DNA from: Puccinia triticina
Lineage: Eukaryota
Length of the DNA: 64,000 bases
Assembly (NCBI GenBank): GCA_026914245.1
Contig: CP110439.1
Location: forward strand, 6,200,001-6,264,000
Reading direction: 5' to 3'
Below the pieces are notes generated by a model. It worked only from the letters and a program-made list of their open reading frames with translations. It had not been told where the DNA came from and ran no database searches. How positions within the stretch are numbered: the stretch's first letter is position 1; each line of letters opens with the position of its first letter. Below, piece by piece: positions 24,405 to 36,776 of the stretch. The position numbers were made by a program, and so were the translations under genes.

Positions 24405-25766
24405 ATGGCTTCGATCGCCGCTAACTTCGTTGGTCAAGGTAAAAAGGTATTTACTATCACCTCTCTCTAGGCTCGCTGAACCAACCAATCTTCTCTTAAC
24501 TGTCTCGCCTTTTTTTCTCCTGGGTAGATTATCGGGATCGGCAGGTGCACAACCAATATGCTTTAACTAGATCAACTTTTTGTTTGAATTTCGACTCGGT
24601 CTCAACGAGAAAAAAAATCTGACTTGAGAATGGTCGATCTTCTTTTGGTCCACAGAAATTATTTAGATCACGTGAAAGAATTAAAAAATCAGGTAAGTTA
24701 TTGAAAAACAAAGTAGAGCGTTGTAATTGAGAATGGGCCTGGTAATGATCGACAGGTGCTTCTCGCGACATGGTTTTGATGCCTTTCCAATTCTAGGTAC
24801 CTTCGAAACCATTTTTTTTCTTGAAGCCAACAACAAGCTACATTACTCGAGGCCAAAAGATCGAAATTCCGTCCGGAATTGATTGTCATCACGAAGGTCA
24901 GTCCGAAAAGTTCACAAATTCCTCCGGGAGCTAAGCTTCCGGTGGATGAGGATGACAGTTATAGAAACTCGCTGGAATATTGGAATATTCCAACGTTTGG
25001 TTTAAAAAACTACTTGTTTATAGTCGAGTTAGGGGTGATTATCGGAAACAAATGTCGATCGGTGACTGCTCAAAATGCCATGAACTATGTTGCTGGATAC
25101 ACAGTAGCCATTGATATGACGGCACGAAATCTACAAGAGGACGTCAAACGTAAACAACTCCCTTGGTCGTCCGTCAAAGGCTTCGACACGTAAATCTGCA
25201 TCATCAATAACTCTGTTTACAATACAGTAGTGGCTTGATTTTCACCGTTTACCGTTTCCGTCAAAGGTTTTGTCCAGTTGGGAAATTCATTGAAGCCCAT
25301 GAAATCGTAGATCCCCACCAGCTTTCCATATGGTTAAAGCTCAATGGACAACTCAAACAGCACAGTGCGTTTTTTTGCTTGTCTGTAAAAGGGGCCAGAT
25401 TCAAATTGGACTGTTTTTTTTTGTTTTGTTTTAGGTTCAACTCAAAACATGATCCACAAAATCCCAGACTTGATTTCTTATTGCAGCGGAATCATGACTT
25501 TAGAAGAAGGAGATTTACTGCTGACAGGTTCGTCAATGCCTCGAAAAAAAAAAATGAGACATATTAAACTGTTTGTTACTTCGTTTTCCCTCTCCGATGT
25601 AGGTACACCAGCTGGTGTTTCATCCGTTTCCCCAGGCGATGAGGTTGAGATCGGATTGGAACAAAAAGTCGATAAAAATGATTCATCGGTGAAGATAATT
25701 GATCAGATCAAATTTAGTGCCATCAAACGTCCCGATGGACTAACGTACGATCAATTGAAGGTCTGA
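24405..25766 (+). CDS. FAHD1: Fumarylacetoacetate-hydrolase-family protein (FAHD1/FMP41-like); multi-exon
   Basis: GKKIIGIGRNYLDHVKEL, PFFFLKPTTS, HHEVELGVIIG, YVAGYTVAIDMTARNLQ, LPWSSVKGFDTFCPVG, TLEEGDLLLTGTPAGV. Confidence 0.9.
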
Positions 25767-25963
25767 GTGATTTCAAGGCTACTCTTTCTCTCTTTTTTTT
25801 GTTTCTTGTAAATCACTTGACTTTTCATGATGAGCAACAGAGCTAAATGATTCGACGGGGGTGGCATGTTCCCTTGCAAACATACTTGTCAAGGCAGAAT
25901 TCACTGGAAATTATGACTGTCTGGGGGAGCCTGTACTCTGGCAATCATACCAGTCAGGGGAAA

Positions 25964-27294
25964 CTATGGAGGCCCTGACACGCCAATCATGCCAAAACAA
26001 ATAAAAACCAATTTTTTTTTTTTTTGAAAATGATAAATCCATTTTCAAATGAATCCAAGCGCCAAACTTGCCATACAGGTACAAAAACAGCCTGTAATAT
26101 TCTGATCCCTCCCCAACTTCCAATGGTTTCAGCAGTGTATTGTGTATGGAAGGCCCCCTACCCAGACATGTATGATATATCACAATCTACTTTGTCATTG
26201 ATTTTACGCTTCACACATTCCGTCATCCCTTGCTGCAACCAGTAATCAGTACCACGCCCTGTGTCTCATCCCCTCCGCTCCCATACACGGAGCATGATAC
26301 AAAATATACAGAATATAAGGCTATGCCCCCATCGCTAATGTTACCCTTGGCCCCTCATGGTAGGGCTGGACCCCAACCAAGGCCAGTAGGGTATACATGA
26401 CTACCCAACTGAGTCAGTGAGCAGGAGGATGTTTATATATCTCCCCCCACACCACAGATGCCAACGCCGGCGCCAGCGTTGACTGACGCGTGTCCCGCGG
26501 CCCATCCGACTGTGTCGCATAGTCAGGTATACCCGACTGGCGGTCGGGGCTCAGCTGAAAACCTGGCTGCCTTGTCAAGAAGTCCTTCCGGCAAAGTCCT
26601 TTCGACGAGTTGGACATATGTACCCAGCTCGAGCTTGCTGGGATCCTTTCGTCCCAGCAAGCTAGAATGACATCCCTTGCCAAGGAGTCCCCCCAGCAAG
26701 CTGAATGTGTCCAGCTCTTCGGGAGGACCTCCTTCGCCAAGCTGGATGCACATGCATCCTGCTTGCCAGGACCTCACCAAGCTGGATAAATATGTATCCA
26801 GCTCGCCGGGACCTGATCGGACCTGAGCTATCCAGCTCAGCAAGGGAGGTCCTCCCGATGAGCTGGACACGTTCAGCTCACTGGGTGGACTCTTGCCGGG
26901 ACCTTCCTTACCGAGCTGGGTGCATGTATCCAGCTTGGCGAGGGAGGTCCTCCCGGCGAGCTGGACACATCCAGCTCGCGGGTTGACTCACTTCTTTGAC
27001 GGAAGGAATCCCTCCGGTCAGGACCTCTTGACCGGGGGAATCCCTCCGGTCAAGGTCTGGCATCTTGGGGGCATGGTTGTGGCACAATTGGCGGGCCAAA
27101 CCCATGAAACCGCAGCGCATCCTGAAACTTGGCATTCATGGCGGTTGAGATCAGTTTGGACCTGGCAAGTATGGCGGGCCAGGGGCATAATTTGGAAGAA
27201 TTTGAAAGAATTGTGACACTTTTGACGTTTCAGAGGCGTGAAATGTGGTTTTTAATTTTTTGTTGGCATTATTGGCGTGTCAGGGCCTCCATAG
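25964..27294. mobile_element. Non-autonomous TIR element with internal palindromic repeats
   Basis: TIRs CTATGGAGGCCCTGACACGCCAAT / ATTGGCGTGTCAGGGCCTCCATAG; flanking direct repeat GAAA (or GGAAAC, depending on the boundary); internal CCAGCTCG...CGAGCTGG repeats ~26620-26980. Confidence 0.8.
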
Positions 27295-30182
27295 GAAACA
27301 CTGTTCTCTCAGGTAAACATTCTCATTGAGGGCTGGCAGCAGCCCAGGGGGGGCAGAGGTATTTGCTGACGGGGTTCTGGACGCTTTTGGAGTTGGCTCG
27401 CATGCACATCCGTACGTTGAAGTACTCCCGGCATCTATTTGTATTTGTCACATAACCAGGTTTGATTACACCGCCGGACAAATCCAATGTCCATTGGATG
27501 CATGTCTGGACATGCTTTCTGCCGTCCTTCTCTTGTAGGGCAGGAAGCATCCATTGTACACTCATTTCTCTCAAAGCCATCTGATGGATGGTTGTTGGAC
27601 AGCGTAAACCATGCACTGGATGTTCTAAAACCATCCGCCAGGATGCCAAAAGCTGTAACAGTGGGCCCGAAGGGTCGGGTGCACCAATGAGCCTATGGAG
27701 CCAACCGTTACGCCACCATACATAGAAGCGCGCATACCAGTTGGAGGCCAAATAGACAAATGTCCAAATTCCAAGTCCGAGTCTTGAGACCCCCTTCATC
27801 CAACCTGACCAAACCCAACATTTTGTTTTAGGACCCCCGGCATTCATTCAGTTGGCTTTTGTCGGACAGCCGGCTTCGATGATACCGGCCATTGAAACTT
27901 TGTAGGCAGTCAGACCAATGTTCATCATTACACCACGGACGCAAAAGATCGAAAGCCTTCGAAAGTTCAATCGAAGATTGTTCGAACTCCCCGCCAGCAA
28001 GAAGGGACGTCGCCAACTTCGTCAAACTAGTTGACCAAGTGAGTTTGAACTGAGTGTTCGAAGTCCTTTCGAACACCCATCGGATGTAATCCGATGGGCC
28101 CATGACTTCAAATATTGATTGGGTGGAGACTTCGAACAAAACGCGAAGTCTCTTCAATTATTTTTTGAATTACATTCGAATATAATTCAAACTCAGAGGT
28201 GTTCAAATTATATTTGATTGTTGTCTTTGGGATACCTTGGAGTTTCAATCAAAGCAAAGCCTATTGAAACTCGAAAGCACCTCGGAAAGTGCTCTCAGTT
28301 CGAAATGAATTTAAGCGGACTGGGAATCAGACCGGGGCAATTGATCCCTTGCCCCCGACCCTCCCCCCTGCGCATTTTTCCCGTTCTCCTCGCTAGCATT
28401 CAAATGGCTCAGAGCCCCATATGGAGCACTTGGTAATATCATTGCGTGTATAATAGCTTTTTGGACAGGTGTATAAGATAGACATAACAGGAGATAGGAG
28501 CGAGAAAGAGACAGAGCGAGAAAGAGAGACAGAGCAAGCTTGAGAGAGAGTGGGAGTATCTTGCCAGGATGGCACCACCCAAGTGTTCGCCGGCGGGTCG
28601 TCCTTTGCGGTTGTTGTTGTCTTTGGCTGGCCCTTGCCCCGCTGTTTGGTCATTGCTTGGCTGGAGCAGCGTGGTCTCGTGGTGTCAACCTGTAGGTAAC
28701 TAACCGTGTCTGAGAGGGTTGTTACTAGCAATATGATAGTGTAAGATGCTAAGGATTGGCCAATGGGTTTGTGGTAAGACCTGTAAAAGGTTTCACTCTA
28801 TCAGTAATCTTGACTGAGAGGCTTGCTCAATTAAGGCGCATCCAGATCAACACAGGGTGTTAATAGGCATCCAAGGAATAACTCAACTTGGGTTTGTGGT
28901 TTTACCTACAGAAAGGTAAGGGTAATCAAGAGTTGATGTTATTCCTGAATTGAATGATGGTTGAGAATGAAAGTACTGTTTAACTATAGTATGGGTTAAA
29001 CTTTGCTGTAATAATATTCTGAGGGATAAACAGTCCTGGGGGGCGTGTTTATATAGAGGGGAAAGAGCAGGAGGGAACATGAGGCGCTTCAGGACCAGGG
29101 GGGAGCTGGAAGCGCTCAAGGGAAGCAGATCCTCATGAGGATCAACATTGGAAATGATCAAGGCAGTGTAATGATCAGTACTGATCCTAGATCAGTAGCA
29201 GTGCACACTAGCTGATCATAACCAATCATTGATTCCATTCAGTGCTCTTTGAATTGGATTACATCATGTATTGTTTATGTATTTATATCATAACCAATAT
29301 GTTATGTAAATAGGGACTGAGGCGTAACAGGGGATAAATGAGTGATACCTGTCTTGGGGTATTTCACGTGTACAGTAATATTACAATGTATTGTAATCTT
29401 ACTGTTTGCACGTAACTTAACTCTTATAAAAACAGTACATTATGGTAACTGTATTCAACTATGGTTATCTGTAATGTGATGTATAACAAGAGTGCATTCT
29501 TAAGCTTGTATCTAATGATATACATATGTAATAAAGGTGTAAAGGAATGTACTATAAGTAATGTGAACAGTTGCAGGTACTTGGTATGTGTAAGTTACTG
29601 TGAAATGTACTCTGTGGCTGACACGTGGCGTGGTTGGTTGAGGTTCGGAGGTTGCGGCGGGGAAAAGGTGGTTGCACGCTCAACAACAGCCAGCCACGAC
29701 AGAGCAAGCTTGAGAGAGAGCGAGGGAGGGAGGGAGGGAGGTGAGCAGATGATATTTATAAGGTCCACTACTCCGGCAGCCCAACATCGATCTGGACCTC
29801 AGGTGCATCTTGATCTTGGTGGTGATGTTCGAATTCTGTTCAATTGTTGGTGGCTGAGGATGATAGTTGAAGTGAAATCGAAATGACCTCAAAAGCAGTT
29901 CGGAGGGCAATCAAATGATATTCGAATGGCAGTCAAATAAGGTTTTCAACGGAGTTTCTCCGGCAACTCCCGCGGATATCCTGGATATTTGCCGAATTGA
30001 GTTTCCACTTGATTATTCATCAAATGATTTCCCAAATATTGGGAAAAAAATCGAGGAGTATTTGAAATCCCAACGAGTGGGGCCACTTCAAATTTTTTTC
30101 AATAATTTTCTGTCACTTCAAACGGCGTTTGGAAAAGACGCAAGGAAGTGCGTCCGTGGTGTAGAAGTGCCGTAATTCACCC

Positions 30183-33100
30183 TGTTGTAGGTAGCGGTGT
30201 GCAAACTCCACATTTGGAGTATCAGGAGGTCAAGAGGTGGACGTGGAGGAGCAATGAAGGATGAGGATTCTCAGCTACAACAGATTAAGATTCAACTTCT
30301 CTATCATTTGGCTAGCCTTTTGACATATTCTTCTGGCACCTCTTGGCCACTGCATGGTGGAAACTAGACAAGACAAGCCAAATCTTGCCGGACTTCTTCC
30401 TCCACCAACTTGGGCCAAACGACCGAAGCAGACAAAGGAGTACAAGGCACTTCTCACACTACCACCATTACCACTGTCTCTGGTTGAGGAGAAAGCGGAT
30501 CCATTCAAACACGATCGTCCTCCTTCACCCTTTATCTTGACAATTTCCTACATTTTGTCCAAAGTAATAACCACACATTGACAAGAATGCATCCATATCG
30601 GCTCCAATAGTATCTCATAGTTATCAAATTATCAACAAAACTTTTGGATTACCTGTCACAGCTATCATCCCGACACCTGAGTACCAACCAAGAATCAACA
30701 TACATTGGGAACCTTCAACACCCCAATCTCCATCAGAAGCTTTGCCTACCATATCAGAACCCCTTTTGATTCCTGAAACACCCCTTTTCCCCTTGTCACA
30801 GACCACCACGGCCAATTTCTCCCCCAAAAACAAATTTCTCCAGCAGCCAAGCATATACAAGTCAGAGGTAGAGCAACTAGCAGCTGATGGATCTAACTTT
30901 GGCAAGTGGAAACGGGGTCTCACTTGTGTTGTTCTTCTTACTCTTGGCCATGCATATTTTTTTGACAAGCCGGAAAATTACACCAAAATTTTGGCGCAGG
31001 AGAAAACTTGCTTATTATTCCTCATCCAGATCACTGTCCATGATGAACTTGCATCTCTGGTTGACCGTCATACAACAGGCAACGCAGCGTATGACACAGT
31101 CCAGACAAATTTTCAAGGCACCGTCCAATTCCGCCAAATGGAGCTTATGGACAAGCTCCTTGAACTCCTGGTTTCGGGCCCAGCAACTGAACCATCCCAG
31201 CTTCCTGCATTATTCAACAAGTTATTTGACATTTTTTCCAATCTTCAGAAAGTCGGTGCCTGCCTGCCATCCCTTGTGGAATATCTCATTCTCCAATCAA
31301 TCATTCCACCCCCGCCATCAATGTCTTGTTCCCAGCTATTCCAAAATATCTCTTTGCAGCTTGGCAAGAAAGAGGATGTCACGGCTTGCAACATCCAGAC
31401 CATTCAGTGTAATCTGGTTTGATTCAGCTCCCCCAACCAATCCTTCCATATTTTGTACCTGGACTGCTCAACAGTCAACATTTGTTTCACCATCCCAACT
31501 GTCAAATCAACAACAAATGCCCCGACAAAACAACTTCCAAGGCATTCAACCGACCTTGGCTTTGGCCAAGCGTTCTTGACCTCAGAATGTGGGATGGCCC
31601 GGCTACCCCACCATTGACGACATTGCTGCAGCAATCAACAATATTTGCAAGGCAAATTGTGGACCCTCTGATGCAAATCTTCTTGCAGGAAATCCATGTG
31701 CCTACTGTGGTTGTGTGGGGCATTGGAGGTCAACCTGTCCAACTCTCCGCAGTGATGCCAAACTGCAGCCACCAGAAACAACCCCCTATAACAGTTGCCC
31801 CGCTTACGGTTTTGCCCGTCAGGCTGTGCCTCCAAACAAACCACCAACTCAGCCCGACCAGAACGTGGCAATTTGGTTGGCCGTGGGCGCGAATGCAACA
31901 GGTACAGCCGGCGCAGGCGCGGTTTTGGATTCTGGGGTGACCCACCACGTGAGCAGCTCTTTCCGTCAATTTTCCTTCATGTCAGCTTTAAATCCTCCCA
32001 TAAAGCTAAATCTGGTGTTGTCTTCTGGTTATATGATGACAACCCATAGTGGACACCTCCCAACAACCAGTGGGGCTGGTATCCTAGCGGTCCCAAAGGT
32101 CCTGTACAGCCTGGAAATGACGGGCACACTCCTTAGTTTAGGACAACTTATTGATTCCCTTTTCCAACCTCGTTTTCTGTCAACAAATGATATTGGGCTT
32201 TCATCTCCTTTCTTCACTCTCACAGCAGTTTACCGAAATCGGTCTTGGCTTGTATATCACAATTTATTCCATCCAAATTTCCATTCTATCAGCTCCATTT
32301 CTCCTTCTCCTACTGCTAGTGTCTCACCCTCCTACAAATGGCACTGTTGACTTGGGCACATATCCAATGCCATCGTGAAGAAGTATCTTAAACAATTTGT
32401 ACCATCTTTTGATCTGAAGGCATGGAGCCCGTTCATATGCGAGTCATGCAAACAATCCAAGAGAGAACACCGACGTCATGCGTTACCGGAGGTTATACAC
32501 AAGGAAAACCATCTCGATCTGCTTGTCACTGATGTCCTTGGGCCTCTCAATGCGGACATCAATGGTCATTGTTTCTTACTCACTGTACGGGATCACGCTA
32601 CAACCTACTCGTTTGCTTTCCCCATGAAAAATTGATTGGAAGTTCCCAACACCATCATCTCCCTAGTAAAACATCTCTATTCCCATTTCGGCTCAGCCCC
32701 CAAGTTTATCAGATGCGACAACGCGAAGAAATACACCATTCATTCTCTTAAATCATACCTATCATTGATGGGGTCCAACATCATCTTTACATCACCTGAT
32801 AATCCAGAACAGAACGGCGAGGCCAAACGCCTGAACCGCACTCTAGGTGATATAGCCCAACACATTCCAGTCTACTGACAACTTTGTCGCGGGGGACGCA
32901 AGATGAAAAGAACCAAAGTTCATGGTTGACAAACCTATGACACTTTGTGAGTGAGAAAGATGTTCTGATTCACTAAGAGGAAAGCACCAGCAGTAATCTG
33001 GTATGGACTATATACAAGATTACTTGTGTTTTGATTGAAGCATACTACATATGATATATAAGCATATGGGTATCTCAACAGACCTTATGGTTGTATGCGT

Positions 33101-35975
33101 ACAAGTGCACGTGCTTTCTCATTAATTGACTCCCCAATAGTCAATGCAAATCAAACCCTCTGGAATCATGGTCAGGTCAAAAACCTATCACAAATTCACT
33201 TTTCTCTTTTGGCACCAGAGCTTGCGTACGCATTCCCGAAGAATGTCAACAAAAATTGGATCTTTGTGGTTGGACAGGATATCTGGTTGGCTACCAGGAC
33301 AACAAGTGCGGGTGGTACTTCTGGAATCCAGCTACTTGGAAGGTTATAAACTCTGAGTGTGCTGAATTTCTAGATTTCCAAGGGAAACCTATAATCCCTG
33401 CTCCTGAAAAAAACTCTAACACCGCTTGCATTCGTAGAACTCTCAAGCTTGGCCAAGAACCCACAAAAGAAGTGTGTGAACAGCAAGACTCTCAACTTGA
33501 AGACATACAAGCCATATCCAATGCAGATATTCCAACCAATTTACACAACACTCTCAGGTGTCTGGCAAAGGAGAATCGGCGGGCGGCCTGCATGTCAGAA
33601 TGGGACCAACTGGTGGAGATTGATACCTTTGACATTGAGGATAAAGAGTCAAAACACTCCATTGGAACACGCCTTGTATTCAACATCAAGAGGAAGTCTG
33701 ACGGGTCAGTTGAACGACTTAAAGCACATTTTGTGGTCCATGGTTTCAAACAACAAATTGGTTGAGACGTCAAGTCAACTTTTGCTCCCACCACATCTCT
33801 CACCACACTTTGGATGTTGTTTAATTTGGAGATAAAAAACAAATGGTGCATTGACTTGTTTGACATCACCGATTTGTACACAGCCCCATATATGAGACAA
33901 TCTGTGTGGATCCTCCGTTGGAACTGTTTCCTCACCTTGCGGGAAAAGTGTTACAACTGAAGAAGGCTTTATACGGGAAAAGGCAGCAAGCAGGTGTTGG
34001 TGGAAACACTTCAAGGGACTCCTTCAACAATGGGATTTTGAATGCAACAAGGTTGAAGAATGCTTATGTTGGTACCAGAAAGGAACATCCGTGATCATCA
34101 TTTGTATCCATGTAGATGAAGGCATTGTCTTCAGCAACAAAGATGCAGAGTTGTCTCATCTGCGTATGGTGTTGCAAGTGCGTCTGGGCACTCACCAAAG
34201 TTTGGCCAAAAAAAGGCCAAGCGCGCGTGGCCAACCCTAAAGCCAGCTTGGCCAATCCCAAAGCCAGCTTGGCCAATCCCAAAGCATGGGTGGCACACGT
34301 CCAACCCCCGCTTGGCACAGTCCAAAGTTGGGGTGGTTCGGGACAAAGCCCCGCTGGGCCGAGTTCAAGCAAGGGTGCCACGCACGCCAAACGCTGTGCT
34401 GGCCATCAAGGAGAGAAGTTTCCCTCCTCGATGGTCGGTCTAAAAACTGGTCATCAAGAAGGGAAGACTCCCTTCCTGATGATTGATACAAGTATTGACC
34501 ACCGCGAAGGGAGTCTTTCCTCCCCAATGACCAGCCTACAGACCGGCCATCAAGAAGGAAATGCTCCCTTGTTGATGTCTGATGTGCAATGTTGAGAAGG
34601 GAGAACGTTTTCCCTCCTCGAGGGCACATCGTTCTTGCCTTTTGAGGCAGAGACGAGGGCCGGCGTCTGATGACCGGCGTGTTGCATGCCAAGTCACAGA
34701 TCCCATTGGCCCAGAGCTTGATCTCGGCCAAGCGGGACTTGGCTGTGTGCCAAGCTCTGCCCCCCGCGCAACCTGCCCAATCAAGCCTGCTGGGCACATA
34801 CCCAACCCTTGGAGGCACTCGGCCAAGCGGCAGTTGGGTAAGTGCCCAGACGCGCTTGCAACACCATAAGAATTTGGAACAAAATCTGCGGGTCAAATGG
34901 GATTCTCAACCGGATAAGCTGGTAGGGATCAAAATCAAATACAAAACAGACTCTATATCTCTCAGTCAACCGTTTTTGATTGAGCAGACCATCAAGAAAT
35001 TTCAGGAAAACATTCAATCTAACATAGTTCTGACTTACACTCTGCTATTGAACAACAAACTGGTAACATCTTCTGATGAACCAATACTCCTGACTCTGTA
35101 TCAATTGCTCATTGGCTCTCTCAATTATATTTCCCTTGGTTTGAGACCTGACCTGAGCTTCACAGTAGATCTTTTGGCACGCTTCAGCTCCAATCCTAGC
35201 GCATCTCACTGGGACGGCTTGAAACACTTAGTTCAATATCTTGCAACAACCAAATCACGCAAGCTCAAACTACAACATACTGACAACAACCTGTTTGCTT
35301 GGTCCGACGCAAACTGGGGCAGCGAATTTCAGCGGTTGACTTCTGGTTTTCTGATTTCCTTTCTGGGTAGTCCCATAGCTTGGGGATTGTGTTGTCAAAA
35401 AATTGTTGCGACATCAACATGTGCTGCGGAATTCATCTTGATTGGATCTTTGGTTGATTTCCTTCTCTTTCTAATTCCAATAATCCATTCTCTGAACATC
35501 AAACCTGAAATCTCACTCAAATGCAACAATCAAGCCACGGTGCTCATATCCAACAACAATGCATCAAGGGGCCAGATGAAGACCCTAGAACGGAACTTCT
35601 TTTTTGTCAATGACGCCGTTCTGGAACACAACATCAAGCTGGATTGGGTTTTGACATCGAACAACATCACTGACTGTTTCACCAAAAATCTTTGGGCAAA
35701 TCTCCATTCTTTGGCAATGAAAAAATCATTTCTATGATATCTGTCTCAAATCCTTTGTTTTCTCATCATCAATCCCCTCTTAGTCTGTTCTTGTTTTCAT
35801 TTTTATTTGGCTTCACATTTTCTTCCATTTACATTGTTTTGTAGTTAGATGGGTGGAGTTTGAGGGGGGGGGGGGTGTTGTAGGTAGCGGTGTGCAAACT
35901 CCAAATTTGGAGTATCAGGAGGTCAAGAGGTGGATGTGGAGGAGCAACGTAGGATAAGGATTCTTGGCTACAACA
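30183..35975 (+). mobile_element. Full-length but inactivated Ty1/Copia LTR retrotransposon
   Basis: 100-bp LTRs 30183-30282 and 35876-35975 (TGTTGTAG...CTACAACA), TSD CACCC, poly-G PPT before the 3' LTR; gag (DGSNFGKW), zinc knuckle CAYCGCVGHWRSTC, protease VLDSGVTHHV, integrase (TDVLGP, IRCDNA, PEQNGEAKRLNRTL), RT (LKKALYG, IHVDE), RNase H (AWSDANWG) in PR-IN-RT-RH order; many stops and frameshifts. Confidence 0.95.
34167..34866. mobile_element. Tc1/mariner-type MITE nested in the Copia RT
   Basis: TIRs TGGTGTTGCAAGTGCGTCTGGGCACT / AGTGCCCAGACGCGCTTGCAACACCA, TA on both sides; removing the element and one TA restores the RT frame (..LRKNLEQNLRVKW..). Confidence 0.88.
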
Positions 35976-36776
35976 CACCCACGTAACTCCTTGCGGCCAA
36001 TACGTTTGGCCCTGGGTGACACTATCTGTGCCTGGATCTTGAGGAAAATGATATAATTGACATTTGATTATAGACAACACATCAGAGACTCAATATGACT
36101 TTAAAATCACTGGATGATCTTGCGCGGCGCACACCCAAGTCTTTTTTTAAGCGAAGTTTTGATTTTACATTGCGCACCATGAATATGCAAAGGAAAGAAA
36201 ATGTTTTGATGGGGCAGACCCCTAGGAAAAACAATCTGTCATAATCTCATCCCGGTCTAGCCTTTCCTCACTTGTGTGCGTGGACCTGGGTGACCTCACC
36301 TACATAAAGGTCCGGTCACCGTCTCTTAGAATACCAATCAGGGGTGTCAGCCTTAGAGATACAACAAGTATCCTAAAGCCTGCAAAAACTTGTAAAGCAT
36401 TTACAAATCCTAAAATATTATTGAATATTCAGAATCATTGTGTTAAATTAAGGGGGGCCACCCAATCAAAGTAACCCCTCATTCCTACTCCTTCATACAT
36501 TTTTTCTCATATGTATACTACATATAGCCACAAAGCGCTCCAAAGAGCAGGAAAACTACATAAAAAATTATTACATAAATTAAAATACATAAAAATATAT
36601 TAATTAGTAAAATTCATTTCCCCCGTGAAACAAGAGCCACGGGTGAGAGGCACACTTAGTACAAATTGATATTACACTTCATATTAAGCTATTTCACGTG
36701 ACAATTGGTTATACAAATGTCACGTGTGGGAGTAAGGGAAGTTGTGTAATATTGTACAATTAAAATACCCATAACC

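Noticed and set aside
20431..25766. MBOAT-TSPO-FAH as a biosynthetic gene cluster
   Set aside because: No backbone enzyme (PKS, NRPS, terpene synthase) or regulator; TSPO and FAHD1 are common housekeeping genes, so adjacency alone is insufficient.
27320..30180. Possible gene or transposase in the TTCGAA-rich region with a repeated ACAGAGCAAGCTTGAGAGAGAG (~28530, ~29700)
   Set aside because: Only short broken ORFs without recognisable motifs; likely decayed TE sequence with undefined ends.
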